Positions 48,883 through 58,539 of a stretch of DNA of 64,000 nt are shown here, in pieces; the first letter of the stretch is position 1, and each line of letters begins with the position of its first letter. The notes under the pieces are model-generated. The model searched no databases. It was not told where the DNA came from and saw nothing but the letters and a program-made list of their open reading frames with translations. The DNA is taken from positions 1-64,000 of the forward strand of contig JAZDJN010000038.1 of the NCBI GenBank assembly GCA_043803945.1. Reading direction: 5' to 3'. The stretch comes from a bacterium (GTDB lineage Bacteria > Bacteroidota > Ignavibacteria > UBA10030). A program made the position numbers and the translations under genes.

Positions 48883-51800
48883 ATGAAAAAAGTTGAATTC
48901 GGTGTTATTCTTCTCGTACTTGCGGCACTTCTTGCCGGGTGTGCATCAACAAAAATTGTTGAAACGGTTTCTCTCACTCCGGCAGCCCCTGTGTTCTCTC
49001 TCGACCAACTGCTGGCCAGAATGCCTGTCCGCGATTCTGTCGAAGCACGGTGGGTGTTCTCATCTATACTTCAGATGGGACAGGGGACAATTCATGAAGT
49101 CTGTCGTCGGCTTGGTCCGGCGGGATCCGAGCGAAACGCTCAGGTTGAATTTGCGCTCCAGGGCCTCGCCACGTTTGTCGCCACCCAGGGAATTGAATCC
49201 GACCGATTGCTCTTCGTCTCCGCAATCGACAGCGTGCTGAAATCCACCTTACCTGTTCAGCACGCTTCATTTCTCATTGCTCGCTTGCAGGTGGCAGGGG
49301 GAGAAGAGTCTATTGGCACGATGTCGCGCTATCTCGCCAATGATGATGTCTGTGAGCCGGCTGTTCAGGCGATGGTATCGATAAAAAAAGGTGCTGCTCT
49401 TCCAATAGTGAACGCGCTTCAGGGAGCAAACAAACACCGTCGGATTACACTGATGAAAGGCCTCGGTGAGTTGAGGGCGAGGGAAGCAGTCGAGCCGCTA
49501 CTCAAGGAGGCAGCATCAACGGACGATGATATCCGTCTGGCAGCTCTCTTTGCATTAGCGTCGATCGGTGATCCGCGTGCTGAAGATGTTCTGCTCAAGG
49601 CCTCCGAAAGTATCAAGCCGACAGAGAAGTTTGAGTCTACCTGGTTTCTGCTCACGTATGCCAAACGACAGGCCGATGCAGGAAATAAAACGAAGGCGCT
49701 TTCTCTCTGTAATGAATTGTTGACCCATCGAAGCACATTTGCAGAAAATCATTATCGTGCTGCAGCATTAGATCTGCTCACACAGATCAAAGGCGAGAAT
49801 GCGATCGAAAATCTGATAAAAGCAATGTCCGATTCAAGCAAACAGTTTCGAGTTACGGCCTTACGGCTGGCAGAAAAATTTCCAGGAGAGGCTTCCACAA
49901 ACAGATGGATTGCGGTTGCGCAGCAGTCTCAACCGATTGTGAAGGGTGAGATTATTGATATGCTCGGAAACCGGATTGAGAAGAGCGCGTATTCGATGAT
50001 ACTCAATGCTCTTCAGGACAACAATGGTGTTGTGCGCGAATCTGCAATTGAAGCGTTCTTTCGTCTCAAAGGAGCAGAATCCATCGGTTCGATTCTTACT
50101 GTGCTTCAGCGAAGCAAGGATACAAGCGATATCAAAGCCGTAAAGAGAGTGCTCGATCAAGTTCCTTCCGCACAAGCACTCCCACCGGTTCTCGAAGCTT
50201 TGCCGCGATTGACACCCCCGGCTGCTGTTATGATGCTGGATCTGCTTGGTAAATACGGTTCACTCGTGCCGGTGAATCCTGTCATGACGTTGAGCAAAAG
50301 TGAATCTCCTCAGGTACGTATCGCTGCGATGAAGGCGTTGGGGACTATTGCACAGGAAGGTGATCAGGGAAAATTGATAGCGATTATGCTTGGTGCGAAG
50401 GAAGAATCTGAACGATCGGCGGCGCAGAAAAGCCTTGTCACAGTGTGCTCAAGGATCGAAGATGCAGAACTACGATCGGCTAAAGTGCTCGAAGCGTTCA
50501 AGACTGGAACCCAGGATGATAAGATCACCTTACTCCGTACCCTTGGCCGCATGGGCGGCAGCAAAGCGATGGCTGTCGCTGCGGAAGAGTTGCGGAGCAA
50601 GAATTCAGAGATGCGCGATGCGGCTGTGCGCGCCCTCGCTGACTGGCCGAGCATCGATGCGTACGAAAATCTGCTTGGTGTTGCGAAGAGCAAAGAAAAA
50701 CTGAATCTTCGTGTTCTTGCCTTGCGCGGTTGTGTTCGGGTGGTGGAGAATGCGCCGATTAATCCCCCGATGGCAGTACAATATCACGAACAAACTCTCG
50801 CCGCGGCCGAGCGCATTGAAGAAAAACGCCTCGTCCTGGGTGCACTGGGACATCTTCGCCACCGCGAGGCATTACGGCTGGTCATTCCATTCATCGGAGA
50901 TGATTCCCTTGGGCTTGATGCTGCAATGGCTGCCGGAAAAATATCTACCGGAAAATCGGAGAAGAAAGATGAATTGGGATCGTCCGAAGTAGCACGCGCA
51001 TTTATCGAATCGAAGATTCCGGCAACCTTTAAAACTCAAGTCGCTCGTAACCTTGATGCGGCGTCTGGAATGAATGCACCGCCGAAGGGATTCACCGCGT
51101 TGTTCAATGGAAAAGACCTGAAAGGGTGGAAAGGGCTTGTTGCGAACCCGATTGCCCGCGCAGCAATGGACAAAGAGCAGCTCGCTGCGGCACAACTGAA
51201 GGCCGATTCCAGCATGAATGCCCATTGGTCGGTCGTTAATGGAGTACTCGTCTTTGATGGTAAAGGGGAAAGCCTCTGCACAAGCAAAGACTATGGCGAT
51301 TTTGAAATGCTTGTCGATTGGAAAATTGAAAAGCTCGGTGATAGCGGTATCTATCTGCGCGGATCTCCCCAGGTGCAAATTTGGGATCCCGCACAGTGGC
51401 CGGAAGGCTCGGGCGGTTTGTATAACAATCAGAAAAATCCGAATAAACCACTGAAGCGGGCCGACAAGCCAATTGGGGAGTGGAATACATTTCGTATTCA
51501 AATGGTCGGTGAACGCGTCACCGTTTACCTCAATGACATTCTGATCGTCGATAGTGTTATCATGGAAAATTATTGGGATAGAAAAATCCCCATCTTCGCA
51601 ACCGGACAGCTTGAACTGCAATCACATTCTAGTCCACTCTTCTTCCGCAATGTTTTCGTTCGTGAACTGCCGCAAAAGAAAACGTTGTTTTCCGGCAGCC
51701 TGTTTAATGGGACCGATTTGTCAGGATGGAAACTCATTGAAGGGAAAGAGGGAACCTGGGGTGTAAAGGATGGAATCCTCTTCACGATGGGTGAAGGCGG

Positions 51801-52278
51801 CGGTTGGCTTTCAACCGAGCGTGAGTTTGAGAATTTCCAACTCGACCTGGATTTCAAAGTACCCGATGGGGGGAACAGCGGAGTCTTCATCCGCTCGCCT
51901 CGACAGGGCGATCCGGCGTACACCGGGATGGAGATCCAAATTCTCGATGACTACGCACCCGTCTATGCGAAACTCAATGCCTGGCAGTACTGCGGGAGCC
52001 TTTATGGAGTACAGGCAGCTTCTCCCCGCGCGTCAAAAAAAGCCAATGAGTGGCAGCATATGCAGATTATTGCAGTGGGGCCTCGCGTAAAAGTCACCTT
52101 GAACAATCAACTCATTGTCGATGCAGACCTGATTGCGCATATGGATAAGGAATCGACTCATCCGGGTTTGAAACGACGAGCCGGCTATACTGGATTGCAG
52201 AGCCACACGCTTCGTGTTGAATATAAAAATATCATTGTGAAGGAACTTGAGTGGAAAGAAAGCAATGACGGAAATTGA
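48883..52278 (+). CDS. Lipoprotein with HEAT repeats and two DUF1080 domains
   Basis: Lipobox LAGC; HEAT region; two LFNG.DL.GW...SG...R...LQSH domains. Confidence 0.9.
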   Translation: MKKVEFGVILLVLAALLAGCASTKIVETVSLTPAAPVFSLDQLLARMPVRDSVEARWVFSSILQMGQGTIHEVCRRLGPAGSERNAQVEFALQGLATFVATQGIESDRLLFVSAIDSVLKSTLPVQHASFLIARLQVAGGEESIGTMSRYLANDDVCEPAVQAMVSIKKGAALPIVNALQGANKHRRITLMKGLGELRAREAVEPLLKEAASTDDDIRLAALFALASIGDPRAEDVLLKASESIKPTEKFESTWFLLTYAKRQADAGNKTKALSLCNELLTHRSTFAENHYRAAALDLLTQIKGENAIENLIKAMSDSSKQFRVTALRLAEKFPGEASTNRWIAVAQQSQPIVKGEIIDMLGNRIEKSAYSMILNALQDNNGVVRESAIEAFFRLKGAESIGSILTVLQRSKDTSDIKAVKRVLDQVPSAQALPPVLEALPRLTPPAAVMMLDLLGKYGSLVPVNPVMTLSKSESPQVRIAAMKALGTIAQEGDQGKLIAIMLGAKEESERSAAQKSLVTVCSRIEDAELRSAKVLEAFKTGTQDDKITLLRTLGRMGGSKAMAVAAEELRSKNSEMRDAAVRALADWPSIDAYENLLGVAKSKEKLNLRVLALRGCVRVVENAPINPPMAVQYHEQTLAAAERIEEKRLVLGALGHLRHREALRLVIPFIGDDSLGLDAAMAAGKISTGKSEKKDELGSSEVARAFIESKIPATFKTQVARNLDAASGMNAPPKGFTALFNGKDLKGWKGLVANPIARAAMDKEQLAAAQLKADSSMNAHWSVVNGVLVFDGKGESLCTSKDYGDFEMLVDWKIEKLGDSGIYLRGSPQVQIWDPAQWPEGSGGLYNNQKNPNKPLKRADKPIGEWNTFRIQMVGERVTVYLNDILIVDSVIMENYWDRKIPIFATGQLELQSHSSPLFFRNVFVRELPQKKTLFSGSLFNGTDLSGWKLIEGKEGTWGVKDGILFTMGEGGGWLSTEREFENFQLDLDFKVPDGGNSGVFIRSPRQGDPAYTGMEIQILDDYAPVYAKLNAWQYCGSLYGVQAASPRASKKANEWQHMQIIAVGPRVKVTLNNQLIVDADLIAHMDKESTHPGLKRRAGYTGLQSHTLRVEYKNIIVKELEWKESNDGN

Positions 52279-53605
52279 TCGAAGAAAATTCCTGCGCTAT
52301 ACGGCTGCAGCGGGAGCAGGCCTGCTTCTTGCGAACACACCAACGGAGGCATCAGATCCAGAACAACAATCGGCAGCCTCCGATGAGTTGAGAATTGCAT
52401 TGATTGGTGCGGGTGCGCAAGGGCAGGTGCTGATGAATGCGTGCCTTAAAATTCCCACTGTTCACTTTGCCGCAGTTTGCGATATCTGGGAAGCCTACAA
52501 CCTTCGCCGCGCACAGCGCATGCTCGATAAGTTCGGACAAAAGGTCAATGCGTATATCGATTACCGGCAGATGCTTGCCATGGAGAAGGGGCTGAATGCG
52601 GTATTGATTGCAACTCCCGATTTCTGGCACGCTCAACAAACGGTGGATTCTCTTCAAGCAGGGCTGCATGTCTATTGTGAAAAAGAAATGTCGAATACAC
52701 TCGAAGGTGCCCGTCGCATGGTGCGCGCGGCAAGGCAAACCGGAAAGCTCCTTCAAATCGGGCACCAGCGCAGAAGCAATCCGCGATATCTTCATTGCTA
52801 TAAGAAACTCATCAAAGAAGCAAAAGTCCTTGGGCGTATCACTACGGTGAACGGACAATGGAATCGTTCATTTCAACCTGATAACGGCTGGCCAAAAGGG
52901 GCGGGCATCGAGACAGCACGTCTGAATGAATTTGGATTTCGATCGATGGAAGAATTCAGAAACTGGCGATGGTACCGCCATCTCGGCGGCGGGCCGGTGG
53001 TCGATCTTGGCTCTCACCAACTCGATATCTACAACTGGTTCCTCGATGCGCTGCCGAAATCAGTCGCGGCCAGCGGCGGCATCGATTACTATGACCCTAA
53101 AACCCATCAATGGTATGATGGTGTGCTCGCCACCTTCGAGTATGAAACGCGCAAAGGAAAGATCAGGGCATTCTATCAAACCATTTCCACCAATAGCAAC
53201 CAGGGGTACTACGAAAGCTTTATGGGAGATCAGGGAACATTGGTGATCTCCGAATCGGGAAGCCGCGGTGCGGCTTATCGTGAACCGGCTGCACCGGAAT
53301 GGGATAAATGGGTGTCGCTCGGTTTTCTGAAAGCGCCTACCGGTGATCAGAAAAAACCTCAAGCCGAGGCAACGCTCGATGTTCGTGAAACGATTATTCC
53401 TCCTTCGTTCGAAGTGCCGGTGAAGTTCGACGATCCCTATCATAAACCTCATCTTGAAAATTTCTTCAACGCAGTCCGTGGTAAAGAGAAACTGAACTGC
53501 CCGGCGGAAATCGGCTACGAAACGGCCGTCACAGTCTTGAAGGTAAATGAAGCGGTAGAAACCGGAACGAAGCTCATCTTCAATCCACAGGAGTTCAAGG
53601 CCTGA
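52265..53605 (+). CDS. Tat-exported Gfo/Idh/MocA oxidoreductase
   Basis: DRRKFL; IGAGAQG, TPDFWH, CEKEM, QIGHQRRS, DLGSHQ. Confidence 0.9.
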   Translation: MTEIDRRKFLRYTAAAGAGLLLANTPTEASDPEQQSAASDELRIALIGAGAQGQVLMNACLKIPTVHFAAVCDIWEAYNLRRAQRMLDKFGQKVNAYIDYRQMLAMEKGLNAVLIATPDFWHAQQTVDSLQAGLHVYCEKEMSNTLEGARRMVRAARQTGKLLQIGHQRRSNPRYLHCYKKLIKEAKVLGRITTVNGQWNRSFQPDNGWPKGAGIETARLNEFGFRSMEEFRNWRWYRHLGGGPVVDLGSHQLDIYNWFLDALPKSVAASGGIDYYDPKTHQWYDGVLATFEYETRKGKIRAFYQTISTNSNQGYYESFMGDQGTLVISESGSRGAAYREPAAPEWDKWVSLGFLKAPTGDQKKPQAEATLDVRETIIPPSFEVPVKFDDPYHKPHLENFFNAVRGKEKLNCPAEIGYETAVTVLKVNEAVETGTKLIFNPQEFKA

Positions 53606-53608
53606 CTT

Positions 53609-55495
53609 ATGTTTCCATCGAAGAAGATAATCCTCTTAGCCGCGGCTTTCCTTGGTTGTGCATGTTCACTGTTTGCTCAGGCGCAATCGACTATTGGAGA
53701 TGTTGCTGATGGTAATCGCTCAATCCCGAATCATCTGATCAAGCTCTATGACGAGTTCGACCATGTGATCAAAATGGATGAACTGCCGGCCATGCCATTC
53801 TCCTCAAAACAAACTTGCGGAAAATGTCATGACTACGAAAAGATAAAACGGGGATGGCATTTCAATGCGGCAGATTCCGGGATTCAATCTGGACGAACAG
53901 GAGAACCTTGGATTCTCGTTGATCGCATGGCGGCAACACAGATTCCACTCTCCTATAGAGGATGGAAAGGAACGTATCAACCCGGTTCTCTCGGATTATC
54001 GACCTTTAAATTTCTTTCCATCTTTGGACGGCATCTTCCCGGAGGTGGAATAGGAGAGAATGAGCAGGCTCAGGATTTGAACGACTACATGCGCTGGCAG
54101 GTCTCCGGTACTCTCGATGTCAATTGCCAGAGCTGTCATAATGCAGATCCGGCACAAAGCCAGGCGGAGTACGGTGTTCAGGTGTTACGTCAGAATTTCC
54201 GGTGGGCTGCCGCAGCGAGCAGCGGGTTGACTACCATGCAAGGTGCAGCGGTCGACATGCCAGACAACTATGATCTCTATTCTGCCGTACCGCCTGAGCG
54301 ATCAAATTTTCTTCCGCCAACCATTCACTATACCAAGTCCCGATTTGACATTTCCGGAAAAACTCTTTTTAACGTGCCACGAAAGATGCCCGCAACACAA
54401 TGTTCGTTCTGCCATTCAGACAAAGTTATCGTCCCTGAGCAGCCTGATCGATGGGAACATGATGAAGATGTTCACATTGCTGCCGGTATGACCTGTATGG
54501 ATTGCCATCGAAACGGAATTGACCACCAGATGATTCGGGGTTATGAAGGTGAAGCGAAATTGATACAAAAACCGGGAGCCGCAGTATTTACATGCAAGGG
54601 ATGCCATTTAGGCACGAACGACGTACCGGTACCGAGAGAAGGAAAACGCGGTGCTCCCCGGCCGCAGCATCTGGGTATTCCACCCGTGCATTTCGAAAGA
54701 CTTTCCTGCACAGCTTGCCACTCGGGCCCATGGCCTGGCGACGACACTTATCGGGTGAAGACTTCCAGAGCTCACGCGTTGGGAATACCTAAGGCGGACA
54801 AGTCGGATGATGCACTGCCGCAGATTCAAACTCCGGTCTATGCCCAGGGGGAAGATGGAATCTATGCACCTCATAATATTTTCTGGCCGGCATTCTGGGC
54901 ATACAAAAATCAACATACTGTTCTCCCAATTACGCCAACGCTTGTCCAGCCATTGATTGCTGAATTGTTCAAGAAGGATACGACACGGATTCTTGGCCGA
55001 TGGCCGCAGTTGCGTAACGAAGATATTAATGCAATCCTCGGATCACTGCGGGAGATGGATTCAACTGCAGGTGTACCCGTCTATATCAGCGGCGGCACAC
55101 TATTCCGCGTTGGAACGAGTGGTGCGTTGGAAACTCAGGATGATGGGGCAGCGAAGCCGTACCTCTGGCCGATTGCCCACGATGTTCGGCCGAAAGCTCA
55201 ATCACTGGGGATCCGCGGCTGCGGCGACTGTCATGCAACGGATGCACCGTTCCATTTCGGATCCGTGTCAGTGAGCTCTCCCTACGTTACGATGAGGGAT
55301 TCCGTCACAAGCATGACAGATTATCAGAACAAGAGTTCTTTCTCTGCCTGGCTTTTTTCGATTTCCTTTCTCTTCCGGCCCGGACTTAAATTGCTCATCA
55401 TTATCTCTTTTGTTCTTCTCGCATCTGTGGTGTTGATCTATGCAATGCGCGGACTGGCACAAATCATCAGAACACTTGCAGAGGAGGGTGAATGA
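53609..55495 (+). CDS. Multiheme c-type cytochrome (7 CxxCH) with C-terminal membrane anchor
   Basis: CGKCH, CQSCH, CSFCH, CMDCH, CKGCH, CTACH, CGDCH; signal peptide; C-terminal TM helix. Confidence 0.88.
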   Translation: MFPSKKIILLAAAFLGCACSLFAQAQSTIGDVADGNRSIPNHLIKLYDEFDHVIKMDELPAMPFSSKQTCGKCHDYEKIKRGWHFNAADSGIQSGRTGEPWILVDRMAATQIPLSYRGWKGTYQPGSLGLSTFKFLSIFGRHLPGGGIGENEQAQDLNDYMRWQVSGTLDVNCQSCHNADPAQSQAEYGVQVLRQNFRWAAAASSGLTTMQGAAVDMPDNYDLYSAVPPERSNFLPPTIHYTKSRFDISGKTLFNVPRKMPATQCSFCHSDKVIVPEQPDRWEHDEDVHIAAGMTCMDCHRNGIDHQMIRGYEGEAKLIQKPGAAVFTCKGCHLGTNDVPVPREGKRGAPRPQHLGIPPVHFERLSCTACHSGPWPGDDTYRVKTSRAHALGIPKADKSDDALPQIQTPVYAQGEDGIYAPHNIFWPAFWAYKNQHTVLPITPTLVQPLIAELFKKDTTRILGRWPQLRNEDINAILGSLREMDSTAGVPVYISGGTLFRVGTSGALETQDDGAAKPYLWPIAHDVRPKAQSLGIRGCGDCHATDAPFHFGSVSVSSPYVTMRDSVTSMTDYQNKSSFSAWLFSISFLFRPGLKLLIIISFVLLASVVLIYAMRGLAQIIRTLAEEGE

Positions 55496-56148
55496 CACTC
55501 TTTCGCATCCTCTCCGGACTGACAATTCTTCTCCTCCTCGCTGGAATAACCTACGATCTCAAGCGCAGGTTGAAGGTTTGGAAGACAGTGAGATCGTCTT
55601 GCCATCAACAGATTTTTGCCGCCTTCAACGTATTCAAAGAAGCCAGGCAATCTCCTCAAGGGAATATTCTCGCGATTATCAAACGGGCAATATCTATCCT
55701 CACCGTACTATGTGCTCTCATTCTCGCATTTACCGGATTCTTTCCGGTCACAATCCTCGGTACTCATCTTACGGGTATCCTTCTGGTAATCCATGTAACC
55801 ATTGCTCCATTGTTTGCCCTTTGTCTTTGCGCCGTTGCATTACTCTGGGCGCATAAACTCAGGTTCATACAAGAGGATTGGACTGTATTCCGGAATATCA
55901 TCAAGCATCAATCTATTACTGAAGAGCGGTTGGCGCGTTTCTTTCACAAGCTGGCTTTCTGGATCATTCTAGTGCTTTCCCTTCCGCTGATCCTGACTGT
56001 TATCCTCGAGCTTTTCCCACTGTTTGGCACTGAAGGGGAAGAATTTCTCATAAGTCTTCATGGCTATTCTGCACTCTTCCTTGCACTGGTCGGTTTGATT
56101 CATACGTATTTGGCGATTATGTTTTTGAATAATTCCCGCGAACATTAA
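55492..56148 (+). CDS. Membrane cytochrome b-like protein (FdnI/hydrogenase cyt b-like)
   Basis: Several TM helices with His pairs (IHVT...WAH; LHGY...LIHT); ATGA coupling to the cytochrome c. Confidence 0.65.
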   Translation: MTLFRILSGLTILLLLAGITYDLKRRLKVWKTVRSSCHQQIFAAFNVFKEARQSPQGNILAIIKRAISILTVLCALILAFTGFFPVTILGTHLTGILLVIHVTIAPLFALCLCAVALLWAHKLRFIQEDWTVFRNIIKHQSITEERLARFFHKLAFWIILVLSLPLILTVILELFPLFGTEGEEFLISLHGYSALFLALVGLIHTYLAIMFLNNSREH

Positions 56149-56155
56149 TGAAGGA

Positions 56156-56974
56156 GTGACAAACTTGAAACAATTATTTAAAACAACGATCTGGATTCTT
56201 CTATTCGGTACTCTATTGATTGGAGCTTGCCAAAAATCGCCTGAGCAAAATAATCAGCAAAGCAGTACGCAGCAGCAAACTGCCGGACAGACGCGGGAAT
56301 CATCGCAGCAGCAGCCGGCAGGTCAACCTTCGGAACAACCGCAACAGGTATCAGGTGACGCCCAATCCGCAAGCCAACAACTGGTTCCTCTGGAGATCAA
56401 ACTTCCGAAGCCGATGTTCGTCGGAACCCCGACAAACGTCGCGGTGCCAAATCTTGAGAAGCCGCTGGGAAAACCGCGTCCTCCATTTCTCGCTCCGGCT
56501 GGTACGAAAAATATTGCATTTAAAAAACCGGTGAGTGGATCTGATGAGCAGCCGATTATCGGAGAACTCTCTCTCATCACCGATGGTGACAAGGAGGCAG
56601 CGGAAGGCAGCTATGTGGAGCTTGGGCCAAAGCTCCAGTACGTTACGATCGATTTGAAATCGCGGAATACCATCTATGCCATCCTGGTATGGCACTTCCA
56701 CAAGCAGGCGGTCGTGTACAATGATGTGATCGTCCAGGTTGCCGACGATCCCGATTTCATCTCGAACGTTCAAACGATCTTCAACAACGATATCGATAAT
56801 TCCGCTGGAAGAGGTGTCGGGAAAGAGATGAGCTATATCGAAACTTCGGAAGGCAAGCTTATCGATGCGCGGGGAGTGCAGGGCCGTTATGTCAGACTGT
56901 TCAGCCGCGGAAATTCCGCCAACGAATTGAATCACTACATCGAAGTTGAGGTCTACGGCAAGGCGGTTCAATGA
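56156..56974 (+). CDS. Lipoprotein with Gln/Ser-rich linker and discoidin/F5-8-like domain
   Basis: Lipobox IGAC; Q-rich stretch; NIAFKKPV, ITDGD, IDL, RYVRL, EVEVYG. Confidence 0.75.
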   Translation: MTNLKQLFKTTIWILLFGTLLIGACQKSPEQNNQQSSTQQQTAGQTRESSQQQPAGQPSEQPQQVSGDAQSASQQLVPLEIKLPKPMFVGTPTNVAVPNLEKPLGKPRPPFLAPAGTKNIAFKKPVSGSDEQPIIGELSLITDGDKEAAEGSYVELGPKLQYVTIDLKSRNTIYAILVWHFHKQAVVYNDVIVQVADDPDFISNVQTIFNNDIDNSAGRGVGKEMSYIETSEGKLIDARGVQGRYVRLFSRGNSANELNHYIEVEVYGKAVQ

Positions 56975-58539
56975 GATGGTATTTCTGGATTGTTGGTGCC
57001 GTCATTGTGGTGGGCGCACTCCTGCGCCTGCCGCAATTGGAATTGAAGCCGATGCACACCGACGAAGCTGTCCATGCCATAAAGTTCGGTACCTTGCTTG
57101 AACGCGGAATCTACCGCTACGATAAAGACGAATATCACGGCCCAACGCTAAATTATTTGACCCTTGTTCCCGCCTGGGTTCTCTCTCAAAAAAAAATCTC
57201 AGAGGTAACTGAGACAACTCTCCGTATCATTCCGGCTCTCTTCGGTTTGGGCATTGTAATTCTTCTCGCTCTCATGCATGATCTCGGTCCAAAGCCCATG
57301 GCATTTGCCGCACTGCTTACAGCGGTATCGCCCGCGATGGTATACTATAGCCGGTACTATATCCAGGAAATGCTTCTCGTCTGTGCCTCATTGGCTTTGA
57401 TCTTCGCTGGGTATCGGCTCCTCACTCAGAAAAAAATAATCTGGGCTGTATTGACAGGCGTTAGTGTTGGTTTTATGGCTGCCACAAAGGAGACATGGCT
57501 TCTGTTCTGTGGTGCAATGGTCCTGGCTCTCGTTGGTACCTGGTTGCTCCGTCGTCGTGAAGGAGAAATCTCGCATCCGATCAGTTTTTGGAATCTGAGT
57601 ATTATGGTTCTCTCTGCTGCCGCAGTGATTGTATTATTCTTCTCTTCATTCTTTTCCCATTGGCAGGGTATCAAAGATTTTCTGCTCGCCTATCAAACGT
57701 ACTTTGGCCGTGCAGTTCAGAATATAAGACACAACCATCCCTGGTACTACTTTTTCCAGATCCTGCTCTGGTCGAAGGGGGAATCCGGCCCTCTCTGGAC
57801 GGAAGCAGCAATTATCATTTTCGGACTGTCTGGTATCTGGCATGCATTCAGGCAGAGATCAAATCCTCCAATCGAAGCAAGATGGTTCTGGCTTTTCCTT
57901 GGATTGTATGCCTTGTCGATGCTCGCGATTTCTTCTGCCATTCCCTATAAAACACCATGGTTGGTTGTTGGTACGTTGCTTCCATTTATTATGATGGCTG
58001 GGTATGGACTTTCAATATTCTTCGCCTGGCTTCAGCAGAAACAAGTACAGCTTCTCGCAATCCTGATTATTACGCTCATCACGGGCCACCTTGGCTGGCA
58101 GGCGTATCAATCAAGCTATCGGTATTATGACGATCCGGTAAATCCTTATGTCTATTCTCATCCAACGCAAGATGTCCTTCTCATTTCAACAAGTGTCATT
58201 GAAGCGGCACTCCATACTCCTGAAGGATTATCGACACCTGTTCAGGTGGTCTTTCCGGAAGATGAGTACTGGCCGCTCCCCTGGTATCTTCGCTCAATGA
58301 AAAATGTGGGGTGGTGGAATAACGTCGACTCCGATGTTACTCCAACAAGCATCATGGTCATCACTCCAGAGTTGGAGAATGACCTGCTTGAGAAAATCTA
58401 CAATCAGCCTTCGCGGGGAAGAAGCTCGCTGTATGTTCCCTTATTCGATCGATCGTTGTACCTGCGTCCGGGGAAAGAGGTACGGGGGTATGTTACTCTG
58501 GATCTCTGGAACTCAATCCATAAGGCTCCAGTGCAATGA
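56971..58539 (+). CDS. TIGR03663/Agl23-like GT-C (PMT-like) membrane protein
   Basis: LRL..L..KPMHTDEAVH, YHGP, YYSRYYIQE, ATKE, YKTPW, YWPLPWYLR. Confidence 0.8.
   Translation: MRWYFWIVGAVIVVGALLRLPQLELKPMHTDEAVHAIKFGTLLERGIYRYDKDEYHGPTLNYLTLVPAWVLSQKKISEVTETTLRIIPALFGLGIVILLALMHDLGPKPMAFAALLTAVSPAMVYYSRYYIQEMLLVCASLALIFAGYRLLTQKKIIWAVLTGVSVGFMAATKETWLLFCGAMVLALVGTWLLRRREGEISHPISFWNLSIMVLSAAAVIVLFFSSFFSHWQGIKDFLLAYQTYFGRAVQNIRHNHPWYYFFQILLWSKGESGPLWTEAAIIIFGLSGIWHAFRQRSNPPIEARWFWLFLGLYALSMLAISSAIPYKTPWLVVGTLLPFIMMAGYGLSIFFAWLQQKQVQLLAILIITLITGHLGWQAYQSSYRYYDDPVNPYVYSHPTQDVLLISTSVIEAALHTPEGLSTPVQVVFPEDEYWPLPWYLRSMKNVGWWNNVDSDVTPTSIMVITPELENDLLEKIYNQPSRGRSSLYVPLFDRSLYLRPGKEVRGYVTLDLWNSIHKAPVQ

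Noticed and set aside
57188-57196. A9 tract in the GT-C gene as a frameshift
   Set aside because: The reading frame is intact (QKKI)
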